NCBI GenBank assembly: GCA_963668355.1
Contig: OY764265.1
Location: 2,752,001 to 2,816,000 of the forward strand
Source: Bdellovibrionota bacterium
GTDB taxonomy: Bacteria; Bdellovibrionota_G; JALEGL01; DATDPG01
DNA: 64,000 nt
Reading direction: 5' to 3'
The notes under the pieces are model-generated. The model was not told the origin of the DNA. It ran no database searches and saw only the letters and a program-made list of their open reading frames with translations. Shown piece by piece: positions 19,456 to 30,150 of this stretch. A program made the position numbers and the translations under genes. Each line of letters starts with the position of its first letter. Within the stretch, counting starts at the first letter, position 1.

Positions 19456-20541
19456 TTAGGACTGGTCTTGAACTGAATCGATCCAGCCGCCACCCAAGAC
19501 TTCTTCGCCCTGAAAGAAAACGGCTGCTTGGCCTGGAGTAATCGCTCTCTGGGGTTCTTGGAAAATGACTTTTACGCGACCGTCACCCAAGATTTCTATT
19601 TCAGCCGGTTTGGGCGAGAATCGGCTTCGAATCTGGGCCAATACCGAGGCTTTTTGCTCCAAGGGCTCGGCCACCCACGTCATTTCACGAACTTCAAAGA
19701 CGCGTTTGAACAAACTCTCATTTGGCCCCGTGACGACGCGACCGTCCGGATGCACGGCCAAGACATATTTGGGTTCCAAACTCTGAAGCCCCAAACCTTT
19801 TCTCTGCCCGACGGTAAACTGATGAATGCCATCATGTTCCCCGAGGATGTCCCCAGATTCATCGGTCATCTTCCCTTTGATGAGGGCCTCTTTACCCAAG
19901 CGTTGTTCAACAAAGTCAGCGTAACTTCCTTGAATGAAACAAATCTCCTGACTATCTGGCTTTTGTGCAAGACTGAGAAGACCGTAGGCCTCGGCCATTT
20001 TTCGGACTTCCGATTTGGGCAATTCTCCCAATGGAAAGGTCACTGAAGCGAGTTCCTCCTGGGTCAGGGCAAAGAGAAAGTAAGATTGGTCTTTCCCATG
20101 ATCCTTCCCTCGGTAGAGGCGGATCTTTCCATTTTCCTCCACGCGTCTCGCATAATGTCCTGTGGCCAGGTATTTGGCGCCAAGTTCTTTGGCTTTTTTT
20201 AGAAGAATGGAAAATTTCACATCCTGATTGCATCTCGCACATGGGTTGGGGGTTTCCCCCATCCGATAGCTCTTGAGGAAATTGTCCACGACAGTTTTCT
20301 CAAAATCTTTCTCGAGATCGACAATGTAATGGGGAAAGCCATGAATTTGCGCGACCTTTCGGGCATCGTCCAAATCTTCGGGCGTACAACATCCATGTGT
20401 GGCTTCCCGATCATAGGTCCACAGACGCATGGAAATTCCGATCACATCGTAACCTTGTTCCTTAAGAAGAACCGCGGCCACAGAGCTATCCACCCCACCA
20501 CTCATGGCGACCACAATTCTTTCTTTGGAAGGCGAATTCAT
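19456..20541 (-). CDS. mnmA: tRNA 2-thiouridylase
   Basis: AMSGGVDSSV, TPNPC, ATGHYA, KDQSYFL and TPGQAAV. Confidence 0.97.
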   Translation of the reverse strand: MNSPSKERIVVAMSGGVDSSVAAVLLKEQGYDVIGISMRLWTYDREATHGCCTPEDLDDARKVAQIHGFPHYIVDLEKDFEKTVVDNFLKSYRMGETPNPCARCNQDVKFSILLKKAKELGAKYLATGHYARRVEENGKIRLYRGKDHGKDQSYFLFALTQEELASVTFPLGELPKSEVRKMAEAYGLLSLAQKPDSQEICFIQGSYADFVEQRLGKEALIKGKMTDESGDILGEHDGIHQFTVGQRKGLGLQSLEPKYVLAVHPDGRVVTGPNESLFKRVFEVREMTWVAEPLEQKASVLAQIRSRFSPKPAEIEILGDGRVKVIFQEPQRAITPGQAAVFFQGEEVLGGGWIDSVQDQS

Positions 20542-20564
20542 GAACTCGGGCGTTCTACACGAGT

Positions 20565-20975
20565 TTAGGGAGAGGATTCAAGGGGCGATCCGATCACAAC
20601 TTGTTCTCGAATTTTGGCCAATTTTTTGGGGCCGATTCCCTTGACCCGAAGCAGTTCCTCCACCTTCTTATAGGGTCCGTGCGTCTCTCGATCTGAGATG
20701 ATTCTTTGCGTCAACACCGGCCCAATCCCCCGAATTTCAGTCAATTGGGAAGAATTCGCACGATTGAGATCGATTTTTTTAACGAAAAGGCTCTTTATTT
20801 CGGCACTTTTCTTTTTAATTTCGGAAGAATAGACATCGTTTTCTAGATTTTTTCTTGAGTTTGATGGCCAAGAAATGATCACGATTAAGGTTCCCGTCAA
20901 GAGAATCCAAAGTAAATAAAAACGCTTATATTTCAATGAGTTAGTTTCTTTCGGACCTCTTGACACCCCACTCAT
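20565..20975 (-). CDS. comEA: ComEA-family helix-hairpin-helix DNA-binding membrane protein
   Basis: N-terminal TM; IDLNRA..L..I.GIGP and VKGIGPK. Confidence 0.8.
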   Translation of the reverse strand: MSGVSRGPKETNSLKYKRFYLLWILLTGTLIVIISWPSNSRKNLENDVYSSEIKKKSAEIKSLFVKKIDLNRANSSQLTEIRGIGPVLTQRIISDRETHGPYKKVEELLRVKGIGPKKLAKIREQVVIGSPLESSP

Positions 20976-21101
20976 CCGGGTGTTACCTAGAAAGAAATAG
21001 GAAAAATATCTTCGCCGTTTTTTTCCTAGAGAAGCCGGGGTACCCGGAACTCGAAAGGGTTTCGTGTCCCTGGCTTTCTCTTTTTGGGAGCGAGTTCATT
21101 C

Positions 21102-22328
21102 TCAATTCGGTTCTTTCGCCAATCCAAATTCTTCGTGAAGCGCTCGTACGGCAAGTTCTCCGTATCGCTCATCCAACACGCAACAAATTTTGATTTCTGA
21201 AGTGGAAACCGCCATCACCTCAATCCCCTCTCGGGATAAGGTTCCGAAAATCCGTGCGGCGACTCCCGAATGGGAACGCATGCCCAATCCCACAGCGGAA
21301 ACTTTCGTAACCTTCTCGTGAGATTTAATTTCAACCGAGTGATCTTCTTCTTTACACAATTGCGCCGTTTCCAATGCTTTTGAGAAACACAAACGAGGAA
21401 CTGTAAATGTCAGGTTCACTTTTCCGCTATCGCTTCGATCTTGGACGATTACATCGACGGAAATATCCTGTTCAGCCAAGGCCCTAAACAAGGAACTGGT
21501 TTTTTCCGCGTCTTCTGACAGATTTCGAATGGAAATTTTTCCCTCGGTCCGATCACAACTGATTGCAGAAACAACGGTGCCTTCCATGCCTAACTCCTCT
21601 GTGGTTACTGTGGTTCCGGGGTGTTGCTCAAAAGAAGAACGAACATAAATCGGAATTTGATATCTCTTAGCCAATTGAACGGATCGAGCCTGTAAAACCT
21701 TGGCTCCCAAACATGCCAGCTCCAACATCTCGTCATAACAAAGTTTTCGTATCGGTCTGGCTTCGGAGCAAATTCGTGGATCTGCGGTGTAAACACCTCG
21801 AACATCCGTACAGATTTCACATAAATCAGCGTCCAACGCTCCGGCCAACGCGACCGCCGTCAAATCCGACCCCCCTCTTCCCAGGGTCGTAATTTCACCG
21901 CGTGCATTGACGCCTTGATATCCTGCAACGACAGCAACGCCTCCGGAGAAGATCCACTCTTTGAGTTCTCGGGGATCAATGGACTCAATTCGGGCTTCTC
22001 CCAGGTCCTCACTGGTTCGAATGGGAATTTGATGCCCTAAGAAAGCTCGACTTTTCACAGCTTTTTTTTTCAAAGCCATGGAAAGCAAAGAAGCCGAAAC
22101 TTGTTCTCCCGTAGCCACGAGCATGTCCATTTCTCGGTGGGGAATTTCACCACAAAAACGATTGGCCAGCGCCTCCAGGCGATCGGTTTCTCCGGCCATG
22201 GCCGAAACGACAACCACCATTCGATCCCCGCCCTGGGCACGAAGCCGAATTCGTTCTGCAACCTTCTCGATACAGTCGAGGTCGGCGAGAGAGGTGCCTC
22301 CAAATTTTTGTACGATGAGTTTCGACAC
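21102..22328 (-). CDS. lysC: Aspartate kinase
   Basis: IVQKFGGTS, TTLGRGGSD, STSEIKI and ACT domains. Confidence 0.95.
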   Translation of the reverse strand: MSKLIVQKFGGTSLADLDCIEKVAERIRLRAQGGDRMVVVVSAMAGETDRLEALANRFCGEIPHREMDMLVATGEQVSASLLSMALKKKAVKSRAFLGHQIPIRTSEDLGEARIESIDPRELKEWIFSGGVAVVAGYQGVNARGEITTLGRGGSDLTAVALAGALDADLCEICTDVRGVYTADPRICSEARPIRKLCYDEMLELACLGAKVLQARSVQLAKRYQIPIYVRSSFEQHPGTTVTTEELGMEGTVVSAISCDRTEGKISIRNLSEDAEKTSSLFRALAEQDISVDVIVQDRSDSGKVNLTFTVPRLCFSKALETAQLCKEEDHSVEIKSHEKVTKVSAVGLGMRSHSGVAARIFGTLSREGIEVMAVSTSEIKICCVLDERYGELAVRALHEEFGLAKEPN

Positions 22329-22332
22329 GGCC

Positions 22333-23763
22333 TTACGAGATGGATTGTTCAACCCAAGCAGAAACAATATTTCCCGCCTGAGCGATTTTTTCTGAGTCGG
22401 AAGTTTTCAGTTTCGCAGCTTTTTCTTTCACGCAATCGGCATGCAGTTTCCACAGAGCATACAGTGCATTGATTTGAACTTGTTCGTCAGGATCTTCGGT
22501 CATTTCTTCCAATAGAGGAATCTGCCCATTGGACGGCAACTGACCGAGAATCATCCCCACCTGCCTTCGAACTCCTACGTTTTCATGTCTAGCGAGTGTT
22601 TTTAATCTTAATTTTGCGGCCGAGTCGCGATCCACACCCGCGTGGTTGGCCACCAGCATTCCAAAATGGGGTTTTCCAGACTCCACACCATCGAGCAATC
22701 GAGAAATCACGTCCATGGAGCCTCTTCGTTGCAACTGATGCGCTGCAATCAGTTGAACACTCAAAACTTCATCTTTCTCGATGACATCCAATAAAGCCTC
22801 TTCCGCCTGTTCTCCTCCGGTTGCTGCGAGAGCTCTCACAATCTCTTGCCGAACCTCGGGTTCTTCATCTCTCAATCCTTCGATCAATTGAGGGAGCGTT
22901 TCGGGAACCGCCAACATTCCCAGACTTTCTGCGGATTTCTGGCGAATCAACGGATCTGAATCTCGCAACCCGTCCAATAAAGACATGGCTTCACGTTTTC
23001 GTTTCATGCGAAGCTGAACATCAATGGAGGAAGCCTTTCCAGGGTTCTTTTTGGCTTCCTTCGGTTTGGAGAGGGCATCAAAACGAAGACTAAGATCCAC
23101 AACCAGTTCACTTCGCCGGTTTTTTCGCTCAACCAAATCTCCCCATCTCCGAAAATCCGATTCGCTGTTGTAGAAAAAGGGAGTCAGTCCATTGTTTTGC
23201 GTATACCCCAAAAACTCGATGTAATTCCGAACCAGATGTTCATACGAAACGTTTTCCTCTTCGGCTCCAGGCGTTCCGCGGGCCTCCATAATGTCCGACA
23301 TTCGGACTTCATGTAATGCATTAGAAATGCCTTCATAGTCCCTTGTTTCCAAAAGAGACCAGGCCGCTTCATCTCTAAGAAAACCAACCTTTTTTAAAAG
23401 CGTCCGGAGAAAGGGATCGGCCACCAAAAAATCGTTGACCATGGCCAAGGAAGAGAAATGCCGGATCAGTTTAAAGTCCAGAGAAAGCTCTCCGCCTTCT
23501 GTTGGGAAATCTTCGATTCCAGCTCGAAAACGTGCTGCCAGAGCTTCAACAATCGTCCAGTTTCCATGTCCTTGGGTCAAAAAAGCTTCGATGGCTTCCA
23601 GCAATTCCAACTGGCCTTTATGATAAAGCAAAGAGCGTAAATCGACCCTCCGGCGAAAATCATCCAGCAAAATCAGATCGTAGACATCTTTTAAGGCCAT
23701 GCGCGACCAAATCGCATCCGTTTGTTGTTGGTCATACGCCAACCCCACCAGCTCAACGCTCAC
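22333..23763 (-). CDS. HEAT-repeat protein with uncharacterised N-terminal domain
   Basis: LRDSDPLIRQKSA and LRDEEPEVRQEIV repeats. Confidence 0.75.
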   Translation of the reverse strand: MSVELVGLAYDQQQTDAIWSRMALKDVYDLILLDDFRRRVDLRSLLYHKGQLELLEAIEAFLTQGHGNWTIVEALAARFRAGIEDFPTEGGELSLDFKLIRHFSSLAMVNDFLVADPFLRTLLKKVGFLRDEAAWSLLETRDYEGISNALHEVRMSDIMEARGTPGAEEENVSYEHLVRNYIEFLGYTQNNGLTPFFYNSESDFRRWGDLVERKNRRSELVVDLSLRFDALSKPKEAKKNPGKASSIDVQLRMKRKREAMSLLDGLRDSDPLIRQKSAESLGMLAVPETLPQLIEGLRDEEPEVRQEIVRALAATGGEQAEEALLDVIEKDEVLSVQLIAAHQLQRRGSMDVISRLLDGVESGKPHFGMLVANHAGVDRDSAAKLRLKTLARHENVGVRRQVGMILGQLPSNGQIPLLEEMTEDPDEQVQINALYALWKLHADCVKEKAAKLKTSDSEKIAQAGNIVSAWVEQSIS

Positions 23764-24242
23764 GACTCACGCTCCCAGTCTTCAAGAATCTTTCTGGCGC
23801 GCGGCGATTCCGTTTCAATGTGAATTTGCCGACTCCCTTCTGGACCAAAATCTAAACTCATCTTCATAAACGGCTGTTCCCATATCTGGGGGAACCGATC
23901 ATACCACTCAATGACCGAAACGCCCTCCTCCCCAATCGTATCCATCAAGCCCGAAGTCACCAATTTCTTTTCGTTTTCAATTCGGTAGAGGTCTACGTGA
24001 TACAACGGTGTTGGGCCTCCATAGATTTGCATGTAAACAAACGTTGGACTCGTGACTTGAAATCCGGGGTCAATGCCCAAGCCTTTTGCAATCCCTTGAA
24101 CCATCGTGGTTTTTCCCACGCCCAAAGGCCCTACCATGCCCAAGACATCCTGGGGTTCCAAGCCCTTTCCAAGGAACTCTCCAAACGCAAGCGTTTCCTC
24201 CAAAGACGCAAGAGCCACTAAACTTGGGGGTTTTCCTCCCAT
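23760..24242 (-). CDS. tsaE: t6A biosynthesis ATPase TsaE
   Basis: GPLGVGKTT, VTSPTF, HVDLYR and IEW. Confidence 0.95.
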   Translation of the reverse strand: MGGKPPSLVALASLEETLAFGEFLGKGLEPQDVLGMVGPLGVGKTTMVQGIAKGLGIDPGFQVTSPTFVYMQIYGGPTPLYHVDLYRIENEKKLVTSGLMDTIGEEGVSVIEWYDRFPQIWEQPFMKMSLDFGPEGSRQIHIETESPRARKILEDWERES

Positions 24243-25793
24243 TCAGCAAGACTCCATCGGCAATTTTGGAAGTTCTTCGATTAAATCGGAGGCCAGCAAT
24301 CCTCTTCCCTCGGTTCGGGCAGCCACGCGATCTCCCGCCAACCCATGGAGATACACAGCAGCCAGGGCCGCTTCTTCTCGGGAGATTCCCTGAGCCAAAA
24401 AACTACCTGTCATCCCCGCCAAGACATCTCCCATTCCCGCCGTAGCCATGGCCGGATTTCCGGTGGGATTAATATAAACATCGCCATTTGGGAAAGAGAC
24501 CACCGTATGAGCCCCCTTCAAGACCACCGTTGTTTGCCACGTTTGGCTGGAACGTTTCGCAATTTCGATGCGATCTTTCTGGATTTCCTCTGTTTTTAAG
24601 CCCGTCAAACGGGACATCTCTCCAGGATGGGGTGTCAAAATGGCGTGTTTCAAAACCGGTGAGAGCGTTGAAATCAAGGGAGCTAAGGCATTCAAACCAT
24701 CTGCATCAATCACAACCGGAATCTCCAAGGTCTTCAGCCATTCCGTCAAAAGGGAGCCCAGCTCGTGGTGCAACACCAGTCCCGGTCCCACAACCACCGC
24801 ATCTTTTCCTTTGGAGAGGTCTTTCAACCGATTCAGGGCGCTTTCTCCCAGGCTTCCTCCCGGACCCTCCGGCAGAGGCTCCGTCATGACTTCCACCAAC
24901 TGAGATTTCACAATGCTCTGCGCACTCTCGGGGACTGCAAGTGTCACCAAACCGGCGCCTGCGCGAAGTGCTGCTTTGCTGGAAAGAACCGCAGCGCCGG
25001 ACTTTTCAGCCGAACCCGCCACGACCAAAAGATGTCCATACGTTCCTTTGTGCGTGTTTTCCTGACGTTTCGGAAACGCGGATTGAAATCGCGCGGGATC
25101 AATTTCAAACACTCTCGACGCCTGCGTCTCGTCCGCCCAAGCATCCGCCAGAGAAATGTCGGCCACCACTACGTCACCCGCCAAATCACTTCCGGAATTT
25201 AAATAAAACCCTCTCTTACTCATTCCAAACGTCACCGTCACATCGGCTCGAATCGCAGCCCCCATAGCTTCGCCCGAATCCGTATGCAGGCCGGAGGGAA
25301 GATCTACGGCATATACCTGGGATTTGGATTGGTTCACGAATTTAACGGCGGAAGCATAAACGCCTTCCAAAGACCTTTCCAAACCCGTTCCAAACAACGC
25401 ATCCACCAAAATGTCTGCCGAACGAATTCGTTCTTCCCAGGCATCCAAATCCGACGCTTGCTGAATTTCTGTGGGCTGAATTCCCATCTTTTCAAGGATG
25501 GAGAGGTTGAGTTCCGCATCCTTTCCTTTGGGCCTTCCCTTTCCAAATCTAAGGACCCAAGGCGTCGCTCCGTTTAACTGAAGGTAACGAGCAATCACGA
25601 AGCCATCGCCTCCATTATTCCCATTTCCACAAAGAACTCCGATGGATTTTCCACCCAGAGGGCCCTCTCGCTTCAAAATCTCTGCAAAAACGCTTCTTCC
25701 AGCACTTTCCATCAAGACCGGTCCGGGAATGCCCACGGTTGAAATGGCATACTGATCGACATTTCTCATTTCTTGAGCCGTCAGAATTCTCAC
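24243..25793 (-). CDS. nnr: Bifunctional NAD(P)HX epimerase/dehydratase
   Basis: GNNGGDG, DALFGTG, DADGLN, TPHPGE and ATAGMGDVL; start chosen at GTG 25793 (25826 also possible). Confidence 0.95.
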   Translation of the reverse strand: MRILTAQEMRNVDQYAISTVGIPGPVLMESAGRSVFAEILKREGPLGGKSIGVLCGNGNNGGDGFVIARYLQLNGATPWVLRFGKGRPKGKDAELNLSILEKMGIQPTEIQQASDLDAWEERIRSADILVDALFGTGLERSLEGVYASAVKFVNQSKSQVYAVDLPSGLHTDSGEAMGAAIRADVTVTFGMSKRGFYLNSGSDLAGDVVVADISLADAWADETQASRVFEIDPARFQSAFPKRQENTHKGTYGHLLVVAGSAEKSGAAVLSSKAALRAGAGLVTLAVPESAQSIVKSQLVEVMTEPLPEGPGGSLGESALNRLKDLSKGKDAVVVGPGLVLHHELGSLLTEWLKTLEIPVVIDADGLNALAPLISTLSPVLKHAILTPHPGEMSRLTGLKTEEIQKDRIEIAKRSSQTWQTTVVLKGAHTVVSFPNGDVYINPTGNPAMATAGMGDVLAGMTGSFLAQGISREEAALAAVYLHGLAGDRVAARTEGRGLLASDLIEELPKLPMESC

Positions 25794-25839
25794 GCCGCCA
25801 TGGTACCTCAAGTCATCGGCCATCACGAAGGAATTAGAA

Positions 25840-25883
25840 GCGATGTGGAGCCTCTGAATCTTCCTTCAGATTCCCCACATCGC
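25840..25883 (-). terminator. Long hairpin downstream of the Fn3 lipoprotein gene
   Basis: GCGATGTGG..TCTGAA / TTCAGA..CCACATCGC. Confidence 0.45.
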
Positions 25884-25913
25884 GAAGGCTCCCCGAGGGT
25901 CAATGTCTTCCGT

Positions 25914-28217
25914 TTAGGATGATGGAGGCAACATCTGGAACGAACAACAGGGTTCCAACGTAAACTCGAAGATGTTTAACTCTTCAAAGGTGAAGAGTTC
26001 TTCATCATCGGTTTCCCCGTCGCTGTCGGCGTCAATCCAGACTTTCAGCTCAGAAAAGAGAGCTTCATCCTCTTCAATGACGTCTCCGGCTTGATCGTAG
26101 AGTTCTTGCCAAAAGGCGAAGTCGTTGATGTCGTCCACCAAATCATTCGTGTTGCGATCCAGAATGAGATAGCCATCCTCCGGATTGAGCCAGGAAGTCC
26201 ACTCCAGAACGTCATCGGCATCAATGTCGAATTGGACCGTTTCCGTAAACGGCATGCTTTCATTCAAATCCGTATCCAAGAAGAGAACTTGATACGACTC
26301 GTCGTTGCCCGTCACCGCAATCGACACACCATCCGCTGCCGTGTATGGACCATCCACCGTATCCCGGATAATCGCATAAATCACATACGTTCCTGGAAGT
26401 GCGGGGATCACCCACTCCACATCCATTCCGCTTTCGAAAGCTTCAGAATCATCCTCAGGATCGGTGATTTCATTGGGCGGCGTATTTTCGTGAATGTAAT
26501 ACACACCTTCCAGAACGATTTTATCCAGGTCATCATCTTCCGCTTCCAGATGGATCTGAAGCGTCATTCCAGTGGAAAATCCACTATCTGGAACCAGCGT
26601 CAAATCCAATTGAGGCCGCTGACTGATGGTGAACGTATATTCCGTTTCACTTGTCTCTTGCGTTACATTTCCGCCTACATCCGTTGCCGTCACTCTCAAA
26701 TGACCCGATGTTCCCACGGGAGGAAAGGGGTCAATTCCGTTCGGCGTAAAACGCAAGGCCCGGTTTCCATTATTGGCCGCATCGGTTGACGAAACGAGTT
26801 CGTAAACCGTGGTGTCCGTGGCCACAAAATCCAAGACATAATCGAGGTCTCGATCTCGACAATTGTCATCTCCTTGAACAGTGACGGTGTAAGACTCGCC
26901 GTTTTCAAGGTCATCATGGGTTGTCGATGGGAACGTGACGGAGATTTCGGGCGCTTCCGTGTCCCGAATGATCGTAACCGTCACAGTTCCATCCGCCGGA
27001 TCGGACCAATTGCCAAACAAGTCCATTCCATTCACGGAATAAACCTTCTCAATCGCCTCGGTTGGGTTTTCATCATGATGTCGATACGGGTAATCGTACG
27101 CCGTACTTCCATATCGATGGCCATCCAAGCGCACGCCATCCTCAAAAAAGACCGCTTTGACCCAGTCGCTAGGTAAAGGAGGAATTAAATTTTCCGTGTG
27201 AATGGCTCGCGCCCGATAATACTGCCGAGGACAAATATTTCCGTCACTGACTTCCCACGAATCATCATCGGCCCGTTCATAAAGCGTAAAACTGGCCAAC
27301 TCCGGAGACGTTGAATCCGACAGAGGAAGCTCCGCAAGTTCAAAAAAGTTCTCGTAGGTTTGTGAATCGCTAAAGGTTCCATCGGTCGCCGTGATGACTA
27401 AGTCATAAAAACCCAAAAACTCATCGGCGTCTTGCTCATAAGGCGTTCTCCAACGATCCCCCCAGGAAACGGCGATGTTGGATCCCGTACCACGGGTGAG
27501 TTCATGCGTGTACACCGGGTTGGTGGTCTCCCCAGCCTTAAAGAGGTTTACGGTTATGTCAAACGTGTTATCGCAGGAATCTCCTGAACTTAGATCGAAT
27601 CGGTAATACACATGTGGGTCCCGATAAAAAGACTCGGCGCCATGCGTACCATCCGCAAGAAACTGCCTTGAAGCGGTCGGATAGTACGTTGAGGTGCTCG
27701 GAGCATCAATATTGATTTCAGGTCCCGCAGTGTTCGTACAATGGTCGGTGGTTCCACACGCTTCGTTGGAACGAGCTGATTCCCCTGAATTATTATAGGC
27801 CGTGACCTGATAGCAGTAAGTGGTGCTTTGAGATAAACCAGAATTTTCATAGGTCGTGACATTGGGCGAAGAGGTGCTTTCAATTTCGGCGTACGAACCC
27901 GTCGTCCCCGTTTTGCGGTAAATTTTGTATCCCGATTCGTACAGGACGTCTCCCCAACTCAAGCTCAGACTATTGATGCTTGTAGAAGTGATGGAGAGTC
28001 CCGCGGGCGTCTCGGGGATTTCCCCACCAAAGCCTCCAGTACCTCCAAGCCCCCCCAAGGGAGAGGGATCATCATCTTCAAAATCATCCACATAGATTTC
28101 TTGTCCTTCTCCGTCAGGTGGTTCATCTAGAACCGTGTAGCCGAAGTTAAATCCTCCGGAGCTACACCCCGTCAAAAAAATCAGGATTGAAATGATGGAT
28201 AAATATGTTTTGTTCAT
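25914..28217 (-). CDS. Acidic surface lipoprotein with fibronectin type III and Ig-like domains and a C-terminal FrpC-SPM-like Ca-binding module
   Basis: LTGC lipobox; Fn3 motif (GLSQSTTYCYQVTAYN); C-terminal FDIDADD..W..EDGYLILDRN..LKVWIDADSDG..EELFT. Confidence 0.7.
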   Translation of the reverse strand: MNKTYLSIISILIFLTGCSSGGFNFGYTVLDEPPDGEGQEIYVDDFEDDDPSPLGGLGGTGGFGGEIPETPAGLSITSTSINSLSLSWGDVLYESGYKIYRKTGTTGSYAEIESTSSPNVTTYENSGLSQSTTYCYQVTAYNNSGESARSNEACGTTDHCTNTAGPEINIDAPSTSTYYPTASRQFLADGTHGAESFYRDPHVYYRFDLSSGDSCDNTFDITVNLFKAGETTNPVYTHELTRGTGSNIAVSWGDRWRTPYEQDADEFLGFYDLVITATDGTFSDSQTYENFFELAELPLSDSTSPELASFTLYERADDDSWEVSDGNICPRQYYRARAIHTENLIPPLPSDWVKAVFFEDGVRLDGHRYGSTAYDYPYRHHDENPTEAIEKVYSVNGMDLFGNWSDPADGTVTVTIIRDTEAPEISVTFPSTTHDDLENGESYTVTVQGDDNCRDRDLDYVLDFVATDTTVYELVSSTDAANNGNRALRFTPNGIDPFPPVGTSGHLRVTATDVGGNVTQETSETEYTFTISQRPQLDLTLVPDSGFSTGMTLQIHLEAEDDDLDKIVLEGVYYIHENTPPNEITDPEDDSEAFESGMDVEWVIPALPGTYVIYAIIRDTVDGPYTAADGVSIAVTGNDESYQVLFLDTDLNESMPFTETVQFDIDADDVLEWTSWLNPEDGYLILDRNTNDLVDDINDFAFWQELYDQAGDVIEEDEALFSELKVWIDADSDGETDDEELFTFEELNIFEFTLEPCCSFQMLPPSS

Positions 28218-28247
28218 TCGGGTACCCTCTTCAAGGCTGTCCTTTAA

Positions 28248-28263
28248 TGCAAAAGATGCTCCA
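28248..28263 (-). promoter_or_regulatory. Possible sigma54 promoter
   Basis: TGGAGCA-TCTT-TTGCA (GG-N10-GC) about 30 bp upstream of the ATG at 28217. Confidence 0.45.
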
Positions 28264-28360
28264 AAATGGCTCAAAAACTAGCCACTTTTTCCTTATATTT
28301 TAACACTTTAGAAAAACGAACCATGATCTGGAATGGAAAGCTTCAAAAACTACGCAAAAA

Positions 28361-29200
28361 TTACTTTTTTTCGGCATTTTCTGCGTACGCAAAGCTACTT
28401 TTAAGCAGGTTCAGGTAGTCGGAGCCCGCTTGCAGGTAGAGGTCATTGTGATGAGCTCCCTTCACTTCCAGAAAACGTTTCGGCTCTGGAGCCGTTTCGA
28501 AAAGCTCTTTTCCCATTTCAAACGGAACAATTTCATCTTCGGTTCCATGGATCACCGTGAGCGGAATCCTTAGTCCCGAAATTTTTGAAATGGAGTTGTA
28601 CGAATTGGAAACGGCCATGCTTGGAACGAAGGGAAAAAGTTTCGCAGCCAACTTTTTGAGTGACGTGAACGTACTTTCAACTGTAAGGCTGGCAACAGGA
28701 AATTGCGTTGCCAGTTCAATGGCAACGGCTCCACCCAAAGATTCTCCAAACAGAAAGATTTGATTCGGCGAAAGCTTCTCCACATTTCTCAAATATTGGT
28801 AGGCGGCTTTGGCATCTTCATACAAACCCTCCTCATCCGGTTTTCCTTGGCTTTGACCGTAACCTCGATAGTCCAATAACAGAACTCGAACTGGAAAGTC
28901 TCTCCAACGAACCACGCGATCCAAACGATGGCTGATATTTCCGGCATTCCCATGAAAAAACAAAACAACGGGTTTGTGTTTCTTCTCTCCGACCATCCAC
29001 GCATGAAGGGAAACGCCATCTTCAGTGCGAATCTGGACATCCTCATGATTCAGATCAAAATCTTCGGGAGAACCAAAAAAAGCCTTCTCAGGATAATACA
29101 ACATCTGATTTTCCAAATAAGGAACGCCCACAACACCTCCAAACGAAATCAAACAACCGTAAATGAGAATTCGTTTCCAAATCTTCACGCCGTCCCCCAT
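28361..29200 (-). CDS. Alpha/beta hydrolase (ABHD13/Bem46-like)
   Basis: HGNAGN, DYRGYG, GESLGG and HGTEDEIVP. Confidence 0.9.
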   Translation of the reverse strand: MGDGVKIWKRILIYGCLISFGGVVGVPYLENQMLYYPEKAFFGSPEDFDLNHEDVQIRTEDGVSLHAWMVGEKKHKPVVLFFHGNAGNISHRLDRVVRWRDFPVRVLLLDYRGYGQSQGKPDEEGLYEDAKAAYQYLRNVEKLSPNQIFLFGESLGGAVAIELATQFPVASLTVESTFTSLKKLAAKLFPFVPSMAVSNSYNSISKISGLRIPLTVIHGTEDEIVPFEMGKELFETAPEPKRFLEVKGAHHNDLYLQAGSDYLNLLKSSFAYAENAEKK

Positions 29201-29225
29201 TTTACACCTACAAAAAGTAAACGTT

Positions 29226-30119
29226 TCACTTTTGATAGTTTTGGATTCGGGCGAAATGGATCAGCCCCACCCCGCTTAGAATGAGAGCCGCACCGATCAG
29301 AGCGTTGATCGCGGGCCATTCTCCGTAATACAGCCAATCCAGTAAAATCGCGACCATCGGCACCAAATACGTCACCGCAGAAGCTCGCAAGGCTCCCCAG
29401 TTTCGAATCAAATGCGAAAACATGAGCCATGCGATCGCCGTTGAAAACACGCCCAAATACACCAGACTCATACTTGCCTTTGAAATTTGAGCCAGACCTC
29501 CAACCCACTCCAAGGACTCCGTCATCCAACTCAAGAAAATCAACGACAAAGACCCCATCATTCCCTGCAACGCCAAATTCCAGCGATTTGGGACCAAGCC
29601 CACGGAACGTTTGAATGCAATGGTTCCCAACGCATAGGAAACCGCCATCACAATGATGGCCAACATCCCCGGCATGCTTTCTTCCATCAAAGTCACCTGA
29701 GACAGCGCAGGATAAAAAATGAAAAGAATCCCAAAGAATCCCAGCAACACTCCAGCCAACTTTAACGCAGTCAAAGGCTCATCCGATAACAGCCACCAAG
29801 AAAACAACAATACAAACAAAGGAACCGTACTGTTTAAAATGGAAGCCAGAGCCGGATTAACGCTTTGCTCTCCCCAAAACAAACAGGCCCAAGGAATCGT
29901 AAAATTCAAAAGTCCAATCGTGCTCACCCGAAAGGCCGTCTTCCAGTTTCCGCGCCATTCAAGTCGTTGAATCCAAATGACGCACAAAAAGAAAATCGTC
30001 GCTATGGATGTTCGAACAGCAGCCGCTGCAAAAGGAGGAAACGCCTCTACCGAAAAACGAATGGCAATGAACGACCCGCCCCAAAAAAGGACGAGCAAAG
30101 TAAAAAACAAAAGATTCAT
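29226..30119 (-). CDS. DMT/EamA family transporter
   Basis: FWGGSF start, about 10 TM helices, YLVPMVA. Confidence 0.9.
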   Translation of the reverse strand: MNLLFFTLLVLFWGGSFIAIRFSVEAFPPFAAAAVRTSIATIFFLCVIWIQRLEWRGNWKTAFRVSTIGLLNFTIPWACLFWGEQSVNPALASILNSTVPLFVLLFSWWLLSDEPLTALKLAGVLLGFFGILFIFYPALSQVTLMEESMPGMLAIIVMAVSYALGTIAFKRSVGLVPNRWNLALQGMMGSLSLIFLSWMTESLEWVGGLAQISKASMSLVYLGVFSTAIAWLMFSHLIRNWGALRASAVTYLVPMVAILLDWLYYGEWPAINALIGAALILSGVGLIHFARIQNYQK

Positions 30120-30150
30120 GGAAAGATGTTATGAAACAAAAGATCGAGAA

